From contig CAUPVK010000002.1 of assembly GCA_963514895.1 (NCBI GenBank), positions 12,323-76,322 on the forward strand: a stretch of DNA of 64,000 nt, written 5' to 3'. Shown here piece after piece: positions 57,255 through 64,000 of the stretch. The stretch comes from an uncultured Candidatus Saccharibacteria bacterium (GTDB lineage: Bacteria > Patescibacteriota > Saccharimonadia > Saccharimonadales > Saccharimonadaceae). The notes under the pieces are model-generated. The model searched no databases, had not been told where the DNA came from, and saw nothing but the letters and a program-made list of their open reading frames with translations. The first letter of the stretch is position 1. Each line of letters opens with the position of its first letter. A program made the position numbers and the translations under genes.

Positions 57255-57887
57255 CTACTCTGTAACGCCATAGCCAAGTAGGCCAGTATAGTTGCGCTGC
57301 TGATTAGCAAAAACACGTATCTTGTTATTCTCATTGCCGCCAACAGTGGTGAGCATGCCATCATCATTGCGCAGGACAATGTGCGTATGGTCGCCAAAGA
57401 CGGGCGAAGCGCGGTAGATTGCTATGTCGCCAGGGCGGGGCTGGTAGCCGCTATCGGCTGGCTTGAAGCGGCCTGCTGACTCGTAATACTCACGCAGCGT
57501 GAAGGTACCCGGAATACGCCAGCTACCAGTGTGTGGGTTCTTGAGCGGCGCACCAGCTTGCTGCATTGTCCAGCTAACGAAGTCGGCACACCATGCTTCG
57601 TGCGCTCCTTGGCTATATTTCGTACCAGCGGGCTGAGCGGCAAACTCTGCCTGGGTAAGCTGGATGACCTTGCGGCGAGTAGGGCTGAGGGCTTGCGTGT
57701 TGACCTCAGGAAACTGAGCTAGCCCTGGCGAACGATCGAGCGTGGCCACATGCGACGTACCTTGGAGTTTGTAAAGAATCTTGCGCCAGCCAATCGCTGT
57801 GCCGACGATGCCGCCAATAACGAGAAGGAGGGCAAGGCAGATGGTGATAATGGTTGCTCGGTGGCTAAGAGGGAATAATCGTTTCAT
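57255..57887 (-). CDS. CHAP-domain peptidoglycan hydrolase, membrane-anchored
   Basis: 'EAWCADFVSW' (catalytic Cys) and 'GDHTHIVL' (His) are present, with an N-terminal TM helix. I chose the ATG at 57887 because a TATACT box lies 6 nt upstream. Confidence 0.75.
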   Translation of the reverse strand: MKRLFPLSHRATIITICLALLLVIGGIVGTAIGWRKILYKLQGTSHVATLDRSPGLAQFPEVNTQALSPTRRKVIQLTQAEFAAQPAGTKYSQGAHEAWCADFVSWTMQQAGAPLKNPHTGSWRIPGTFTLREYYESAGRFKPADSGYQPRPGDIAIYRASPVFGDHTHIVLRNDDGMLTTVGGNENNKIRVFANQQRNYTGLLGYGVTE

Positions 57888-57996
57888 ACGTATAGTATAC
57901 ACCGCATGGTAATGAGATGCTTATTGGTTAGTTGCTGTTTGGATGGCAGGAGAGGTGTTTTGGGCTATCGATGATATGTGTTTATTTGCACACTAC

Positions 57997-58911
57997 TTAT
58001 AACTCGGATAAATCAGTAAAATAAGTAAGTTCTTGCGCATTACGATATCCAAGCAACTGAGAAACTTCCTCATCCTTGAGCTCTGCATAGGCCTTATCAG
58101 CTTCTCGCTGTCCGATAACTTTGGCCTCTTCTTCTTGCTTTGCTGTTAATTTATCTTTGGCTTGTTTTTCTGCAAGGAATGCATGCTCGGCATAGAATGC
58201 GGCAAGGGGTGGGTCGATAGCTTTTGCGAGGTCTTTTTCTAGATCTTCTCGAGCTGATGGTCCTATCCGCGTGATAGGTCGTGCAGCGCGGTCCTCTTCA
58301 TAGGCAAGGGCTAAGTCACGCGCTTTGCCTCCCATAATATGCTCAATAATTGTTGCAGTAGCCTGGTCCTTTTCTTTAGTAGAGAGCCGATAAGGAGGTT
58401 CTGTTGCTCGGTTTTCTGCAGACACACGAAGGGATACTTTGTTATATGTTGCAGTAACATTCTCGTAGTCCGTACCAAGCAGCTTTTTTATACGGAGAGT
58501 TTGATGAAGCGCTAGTAAATGTACGAGCGGGTCACAATGCTTAAGTTCAAGACCTTCCCTTGCGAATACTGTGAATATGCCGCCTATACTTCCGAGTGTC
58601 GCACCAGCCATACTAGTAGTAGCAAAGAGGGGGAGGTTTTCCATTGCATGACTAATATCACTTACGCTATCGTATATGACACAATTTACAGCACAAACGC
58701 CAAGTGCCATTGATCCTAACATAATCTCTTTAGATGCATTATGCTCGAAATACTGAGTAGCCTCTGGTAATACTTTCCCTTCTTCTAAGAAACACGCGAG
58801 AGCATCTTGGTCAACTTTGTCAATTTTTTCCTGAGGGCAGTTCGCCCAATAATGACGAAAATCTTTCTCGAAATCTCGATCATTGTAGCGAGGATATGAT
58901 ATAAGTGCCAT
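57997..58911 (-). CDS. Hypothetical protein with two central hydrophobic helices
   Basis: An aggaga RBS precedes the ATG. The segment is low GC and no motif was recognised. Confidence 0.45.
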   Translation of the reverse strand: MALISYPRYNDRDFEKDFRHYWANCPQEKIDKVDQDALACFLEEGKVLPEATQYFEHNASKEIMLGSMALGVCAVNCVIYDSVSDISHAMENLPLFATTSMAGATLGSIGGIFTVFAREGLELKHCDPLVHLLALHQTLRIKKLLGTDYENVTATYNKVSLRVSAENRATEPPYRLSTKEKDQATATIIEHIMGGKARDLALAYEEDRAARPITRIGPSAREDLEKDLAKAIDPPLAAFYAEHAFLAEKQAKDKLTAKQEEEAKVIGQREADKAYAELKDEEVSQLLGYRNAQELTYFTDLSEL

Positions 58912-59128
58912 CGTGGTCTCCTAACGAATAACTATGTAACACTACTATCTATCGTAGAAGGTGGTTGCGCTACTGTCAAGGTTATATATTGTTCATCTTT
59001 CGCTTTCCTTTTCTCTATGCTATAATCCAGCCTAACGGATGGTTGGCTCATAACAATATAATGCCCTGGGAGTGATTTAAGCAGAGGCCTGTTTAGGTGT
59101 GGGGCTCGTAGTATAAGAAAGGAGTTGT

Positions 59129-59893
59129 ATGACTCAAACCAAACCAATTATAACAGTGGATGGCTTGACCAAAGCCTATGCCGGTACGCCAGTAGTGGAT
59201 GGGATATCCTTCACGGTTAAGACGGGCGAGATTTTTGGCTTGCTGGGGCCCAACGGCGCTGGTAAGACCACGACACTAGAGATGCTCGAGGCGCTGCGGT
59301 CGATTGATGCTGGTCAGGCGACCATTGACGGCATTGATGTCGCCAAGCAGCCCAAGCAAATTAAGCAGATCATTGGCATTCAGCTGCAGTCGACCACCTT
59401 TTACGATAAGCTGACTCTGCGTGAGCAGCTACGCATGTTTGCCAGCCTCTACGGCCAACGCGTTGATGCTGATGCTTTGCTAGAGAAGGTGCAGCTCAGT
59501 GCCAAGGCGGGCAGCTATGTCGAGCAGCTCAGTGGTGGGCAAAAGCAGCGCTTTGCGATTGCTGCGACGCTTGTGAACCAGCCCAAGGTGCTCTTTTTGG
59601 ATGAGCCGACTACGGGCCTGGACCCGCAAGCACGGCGTAACCTGTGGGAGCTGATCAAGACGATTCGCGATGAAGGCATTACCATTGTGCTCACTACTCA
59701 CTATATGGATGAGGCCGAGCTGCTGTGTGATCGCCTGGCGATTATGGATGCGGGCAAAATTATCACCATCGATACGCCGCAGCATCTTATCGAGCAGCTG
59801 CTGGCCCGCGGCTTTACCAAGCAACAAACGGTCGAGCCCGCTAACTTAGAGGATGTGTTTATTGATTTAACCGGCAAGGCCATTCGGGAGTAG
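59129..59893 (+). CDS. ABC transporter ATP-binding protein (ABC-2/DrrA-like exporter)
   Basis: It has Walker A 'GPNGAGKTT', the signature 'LSGGQKQR', Walker B 'LFLDEPTTGLD' and an H-loop 'TTHYMDE'. Confidence 0.9.
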   Translation: MTQTKPIITVDGLTKAYAGTPVVDGISFTVKTGEIFGLLGPNGAGKTTTLEMLEALRSIDAGQATIDGIDVAKQPKQIKQIIGIQLQSTTFYDKLTLREQLRMFASLYGQRVDADALLEKVQLSAKAGSYVEQLSGGQKQRFAIAATLVNQPKVLFLDEPTTGLDPQARRNLWELIKTIRDEGITIVLTTHYMDEAELLCDRLAIMDAGKIITIDTPQHLIEQLLARGFTKQQTVEPANLEDVFIDLTGKAIRE

Positions 59894-61012
59894 ATGATGC
59901 GAGTCAAGTCATATTGGATTGGAGTATATGGGCAGGTGCGCGCCCTGCAAAAGCGCTTTATGCGTGATGGGATGTCGCTGTTTTTCACCTTTTTGTTCCC
60001 ACTAATATTCCTCTTGGTGTTTGGTGCGATTTTTAATAACCAAACCACCAGCTTTGATGTGGCGATTATTAACCACTCGAAGAGTGAATTTGCCAAGCAG
60101 TTTGTGGAGCGGGCCAAAGCAAATAACGATACGACGCTCAAAGTAAAGGACGTCAAGGATATGCAAGAAGCGCGCGAGAAGCTGAAGCACTCGGAGCTCA
60201 GTGGCATCATTGAGCTGCCAGCCGACTTTGGCACCGTGACGCCGGCTCAGGGGCGTCCAAGCGGCACTTTGCGCGTGCTCTACGCGAAGGGCTCGGAGCA
60301 GTCTGGTAATACGCTAACGGCTATTATGGGGCAGATTATTAATGGTATTAATAAGGGTATGGGCCAGCCCGAGCCACCGCTAAAGGTTGCAGGCCAGGCT
60401 GTGGGCGATGAGCAGCTCAAGACCTTCGACTATACCTTTACTGGCCTGCTGGCCTTTAGTTTGCTGAGCATGGGGATCTTTGGCCTGGCTAACCAGATGC
60501 CGACGGAGAAGCAAAAAGGCTCCTACCGGCGTCTTCGAGCGTCGCCCTTTACAGCGGGGCAGCTGATCCTGGCAATGGGCATCCACTACACGATTGTATC
60601 GCTGCTGAGTGCCGCTATGATGCTGGCGGTCGGGATGAGTGTCTTCCACTTCAACATGCGTGGTGACTGGCTACTGGCCGTGCCGTTTCTTACGCTGTCC
60701 GCGCTGCTGATGGTAGGGTTTGGCTTGCTGGTTGGCGGCTGGGCCAAGAATGAGAACCAGTCGGCACCGCTGGGTAACCTGGTAGCCTTCCCGATGATGT
60801 TTCTTTCTGGCACCTTCTTCCCATCCTTTATGTTCCCGGAGTGGCTGCGCACGCTGAGCCAGTTCGTCCCGATGACACCTGTGACTGATGGTCTGCGCCT
60901 CATTATGACCGAGCATGCCAGCCTGGCAGAGGTGCTGCCATACGCTGGCGCTGTTGGCCTATGGATGCTGGTGGTGTACATAGCGGCGATAAAGCTATTC
61001 CGGTGGGAATAA
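59894..61012 (+). CDS. ABC-2 type transporter permease
   Basis: The TM1 - large extracytoplasmic loop - 5 TM topology is typical of ABC-2 permeases. The start abuts the ATPase stop. Confidence 0.8.
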   Translation: MMRVKSYWIGVYGQVRALQKRFMRDGMSLFFTFLFPLIFLLVFGAIFNNQTTSFDVAIINHSKSEFAKQFVERAKANNDTTLKVKDVKDMQEAREKLKHSELSGIIELPADFGTVTPAQGRPSGTLRVLYAKGSEQSGNTLTAIMGQIINGINKGMGQPEPPLKVAGQAVGDEQLKTFDYTFTGLLAFSLLSMGIFGLANQMPTEKQKGSYRRLRASPFTAGQLILAMGIHYTIVSLLSAAMMLAVGMSVFHFNMRGDWLLAVPFLTLSALLMVGFGLLVGGWAKNENQSAPLGNLVAFPMMFLSGTFFPSFMFPEWLRTLSQFVPMTPVTDGLRLIMTEHASLAEVLPYAGAVGLWMLVVYIAAIKLFRWE

Positions 61013-61040
61013 CGAAATAACGAACAAGAGGAGGGGGGAG

Positions 61041-61628
61041 ATGCGTCGAAGCACGCAGGTGATAATAGCAGGGGTGGTTATTGTTGTAACTATCAGCCTG
61101 GTTGGCGCGGCGTGGTATCTTCAGCAACATCGCTCCCAGCCTGCAAGGCAGACAGACGCTGCGAGGTTTCAAGCAGAGTACCCACGGGTTGCGGCAGATA
61201 ATCGCTTTGTCTACGCACGTGATGTTGCTGTGCTCGATATGCTAGAACATGGCACGGGCGTGGTGTTTCTTGGCTACCCGCAGTGTCCGTGGTGCCAGCG
61301 GCTGAGCGAGTATGTTGACCAAGCAGCCCGTGCTGAGGGTATTGCTACGATTCACTATCTCAACATTCGTCAGGCACGTGCTAGTAAGAACGAGACATAC
61401 CAAAAGCTGGTGGCGCATCTTGCGCCTTACCTCAGTAAGGATGAGAACGGCCAACCGCGGATTTTTGTGCCTGATGTGACGATCGTAAAGGGCGGGTCAA
61501 TCGTGTGGCGCTACAAAGAAGAGCCAACTGGCGATAGTGCTATCACCCCCGATCGGTATTGGACTGCAGAGCGGGCTCAGCGGGTGGTTACGCAGCTGCG
61601 GCGTGCAATCCAGACGATGAAGTACTAG
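61041..61628 (+). CDS. Membrane-anchored thioredoxin-fold protein
   Basis: It has an N-terminal TM helix and 'YPQCPWCQ' (CxxC). A gaggagggg RBS is present. Confidence 0.6.
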   Translation: MRRSTQVIIAGVVIVVTISLVGAAWYLQQHRSQPARQTDAARFQAEYPRVAADNRFVYARDVAVLDMLEHGTGVVFLGYPQCPWCQRLSEYVDQAARAEGIATIHYLNIRQARASKNETYQKLVAHLAPYLSKDENGQPRIFVPDVTIVKGGSIVWRYKEEPTGDSAITPDRYWTAERAQRVVTQLRRAIQTMKY

Positions 61629-61686
61629 ACTGGGTACTATACAGATAATAAAGAAGAAATACTGCCACTATGACAGAGGAGATAAT

Positions 61687-61995
61687 ATGACATATCAATT
61701 CATTCAAGATGCATACCAAGCGCGGCGCGGTGGGTCGTCGCGGGTGCTTGATGTGTGCTGCGAAGGCTGCACTAAGCACGTGACGTTTTACCAAAAGGAT
61801 GGCCCAGGTTCGCTGCGGCGCATGTATGTCGACCGTTTTATCGATATGACTCCAGCTGGTGATGAGCTATGCTGCCCGCACTGCCAGCGCGTCCTTGGTA
61901 TTCTCATCACGTATGCCAAGGAAAACCGCCTGGCCTATCGGCTTTTTGTCGATGCGGTGACGAAGCGGATTGTGCCGCGTCGGCAGGTAGGGTGA
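61687..61995 (+). CDS. Small zinc-ribbon protein
   Basis: The Cys pairs 'CCEGC' and 'CCPHC' are about 45 aa apart. A gaggag RBS is present. Confidence 0.4.
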   Translation: MTYQFIQDAYQARRGGSSRVLDVCCEGCTKHVTFYQKDGPGSLRRMYVDRFIDMTPAGDELCCPHCQRVLGILITYAKENRLAYRLFVDAVTKRIVPRRQVG

Positions 61996-62079
61996 TATAA
62001 CTCCTACGCCCAGTTGTTGGCTAGTTTGTATACTTGCTACAATATAAAAAGAATTGCAAACTAGAAAAAGGGGCATTCT

Positions 62080-62592
62080 ATGAGCGACTATACACCAGAT
62101 TTTCGTGCTTACCCGACTGACCAGGCAATTGATATTATTCGAGCGATTGCTGAGCATCGATGGCCCATGACCGTCGAAGAGGCTTTCTCGCTGCGAGACC
62201 AGTTCGGCTGGACGCCCGCTCCCGACGATGGAAGATTTTTCGTTACCCACGTCAGCAACGGAGAAGAAGACGGTCACATAAGCTTAGCCGTCAGCAACAA
62301 TAAGTATGTATCCAGAATCGCTTTCCGCTTGACTAGCCTTGCCCCCTCGGATCCAGGTCCGGAAATTAGGGCATTGATACAGTCAGCCCGCTCAGACTAC
62401 GTTGCTGGACTTACATCACTGTACGGGGCCGCAACCCCCGGCCATAGCAGCAAAGTAGAAACTTTGTCTTGGTATTTGCCGTCATGTGCGAGTGTCGGTT
62501 TAGGAGTCGCCACAAGACTCGTTTCCGCGACAATTGAATCGCCAGCGATGACTGATCTTACCGAAGCTGAAGAGAAGTATTTCGCTCAGTAA
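62080..62592 (+). CDS. Hypothetical protein
   Basis: The ORF track supports it. An aaaagggg RBS is present. No motif was recognised. Confidence 0.4.
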   Translation: MSDYTPDFRAYPTDQAIDIIRAIAEHRWPMTVEEAFSLRDQFGWTPAPDDGRFFVTHVSNGEEDGHISLAVSNNKYVSRIAFRLTSLAPSDPGPEIRALIQSARSDYVAGLTSLYGAATPGHSSKVETLSWYLPSCASVGLGVATRLVSATIESPAMTDLTEAEEKYFAQ

Positions 62593-62658
62593 ACAAACCC
62601 AAACTGCATAACATCGAGAGCGTCGAGTACCGTCAGTGGGATAATCATTCTCTACTGT

Positions 62659-64000
62659 CTAATCATCCGCATGCTTGGTGGTGAGGGTGCGCTGGGGCAA
62701 GAAGAGGGCAACAAGAAAGCCGGTGGCCATAAGCGCGGCGCTGATGATAAAAATCTGGTGCAAGGAGTCGCTAAAGGCATTGAGAATGCGCGTGGTGTAG
62801 TCGTCTTGCTGCTGGCTTAGCTGCTGCTGGGCACGTGCGCGAGCTGGAGCAGGTAGCTGGGCCATGCCTTTGGCCGCACCCTGACTGATGGCGTCGCGTT
62901 GGCTGTTGATGCGCAGTAGGGTATCGGCATTAAGCTCACCATCGAGTTGCCGAGCAGCCTGTGGCGTGCGGCGCAGCGTCTGGATGTAGGGAATTTGATT
63001 GACATCGCCAAGGCTGTGCAGAATGCCACTAGTGAGCACGCCCGCAAAGATAGCCGTCCCCACCGTCGAGCCAAGCCCGCGGAAGAGCTGTACGCTTGAG
63101 GTAGCAGCACCAAGATCCTGCTGGCGGAATTCATTTTGCACCGCGAGAGTAAGGATGGGCATACACATCCCCATGCCAAAGCCAGTGAGTGCCATAATGA
63201 TTGCCTCGTGCCAGTAGGGTGAGGTGGGCTGAAGCGTGATAAGCGAGAGAATACTTGCTGCGGTGATGGCGCAGCCGATGACGATATAGCGCTTGTATAC
63301 ACCCGTCCGGCTGATGATTTGCCCCACGCCAATAGAGCTGATCATCATCCCGCCTACCATTGGTAGGAGCATCAGGCCAGCCTGAGAGGCAGTCGCACCA
63401 AAGACTTGCTGGTTAAACTGCGTGAGGTAGAGGATTGCCCCGAGAAAAGCGGCACCAAAGAGTAGGCTAATGAGCATAATCAGGCGGTAGGTGGGGTTGC
63501 GGAAGAAGCGGAGAGGGAGGATGGGCTGAGCGGCTTTGCGCTCAAGCCAGAGGAAGATACCACTTGCAAGGGCGGCAATAGCCAGTAACACGCCCTTGAT
63601 GAGAGTAAGGCTCGTGCCACGGTCGATGACGCTCTTGAAGACCATCTCCGTATTGTCTACTGCCAAGACAAGTGCCGCCAGGGCAATGGTGATAAAAAGA
63701 GCGCCGAGGTAGTCTGGCTTGTGCTGGCTGTCGTGCTTGATTTGTGGACAATAGCGGATGATGAGAGCGGTGGCGATGACGCCAATTGGCACATTGATAA
63801 AGAACGTCCAGCGCCAGTCGGTTGTGACGCCAAAGATGGTCGCACCATCGGTTAGCCAGCCACCAAGCAATGGCCCCGCTACCGAGCTCATGCCAAAGGT
63901 CGCACCGATGAGCCCCTGCCAGCGGCCCCGCTCTTTGGGTGTAAAGAGATCGCCGACAATAGTAAAGGCGTTGGCGGTGATAATGCCGCCACCAATTCCT
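62659..64000 (-). CDS. MFS transporter, DHA2 (EmrB/QacA-like) family; the 5' end lies beyond the window
   Basis: It has many TM helices. The frame stays open upstream of the track ORF to the window edge and encodes 'GIGGGIITANAFTIVGDLFTPKERGRWQG' (an MFS motif C/antiporter region). Confidence 0.85.
   Translation of the reverse strand, partial: GIGGGIITANAFTIVGDLFTPKERGRWQGLIGATFGMSSVAGPLLGGWLTDGATIFGVTTDWRWTFFINVPIGVIATALIIRYCPQIKHDSQHKPDYLGALFITIALAALVLAVDNTEMVFKSVIDRGTSLTLIKGVLLAIAALASGIFLWLERKAAQPILPLRFFRNPTYRLIMLISLLFGAAFLGAILYLTQFNQQVFGATASQAGLMLLPMVGGMMISSIGVGQIISRTGVYKRYIVIGCAITAASILSLITLQPTSPYWHEAIIMALTGFGMGMCMPILTLAVQNEFRQQDLGAATSSVQLFRGLGSTVGTAIFAGVLTSGILHSLGDVNQIPYIQTLRRTPQAARQLDGELNADTLLRINSQRDAISQGAAKGMAQLPAPARARAQQQLSQQQDDYTTRILNAFSDSLHQIFIISAALMATGFLVALFLPQRTLTTKHADD

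Noticed and set aside
1-64000. Search for CRISPR arrays, rRNA genes, IS elements or transposases, and integrases.
   Set aside because: I saw no regularly spaced direct repeats, rRNA-like conserved blocks, DDE/serine/tyrosine recombinase motifs or terminal inverted repeats. The only recombinase-flavoured element is the truncated HTH at 21920-22672.

Overview
This 64-kb window comes from a small-genome bacterium with a Gram-positive-type envelope. No rRNA, CRISPR array, transposase or integrase was recognised.

Lineage (inference only). The gene content is most consistent with a Saccharibacteria/TM7-like member of the Patescibacteria: a type IV pilus operon, a sortase with cell-wall sorting signals, a very short TsaB, and few biosynthetic genes.

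Core genes:
- recA and recX
- a pilB-pilC-pilM-pilN-pilO-like type IV pilus operon plus one pilin
- tsaE and tsaB, rny, eno, gpmA
- two tandem tRNA-Pro genes, a peptidoglycan deacetylase, corA and an rclA-like flavoprotein

Accessory blocks, visibly different in composition by hand spot counts:
1. A Type I restriction-modification operon at 29.3-37.7 kb. Its low-GC central cassette couples hsdS by ATGA overlaps to two uncharacterised genes. One is a HEPN-like protein with an R-x4-H motif. The other is a protein with a C-terminal two-helix membrane module. This is my best candidate for an undescribed defence module.
2. An accessory block downstream of the tRNA-Pro pair at 19.6-24.8 kb. It holds a 5'-truncated M50-like peptidase, an ABC ATPase and permease-like gene, a PadR pair, and an abrupt ~0.75-kb high-GC fragment carrying a truncated HTH gene. 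The fragment may be Actinobacteria-derived.
3. A SipW-type signal peptidase fused to a LamG-like domain, next to a TasA/camelysin-like cognate substrate.
4. An (AG)9 tract placed so that gaining one repeat unit fuses a well-equipped ATG to a downstream ORF. This is a candidate phase-variation switch.
5. Two sortase substrates, one with LADTG and one with LPHTG.
6. A second recX paralogue with a TGG-to-TGA nonsense change.

A recurring TATA(A/C)T-N6/7-ATG arrangement at about 11 gene starts suggests widespread leaderless mRNAs.

All functional calls rest on motifs read by eye from the supplied translations. No database search was possible.
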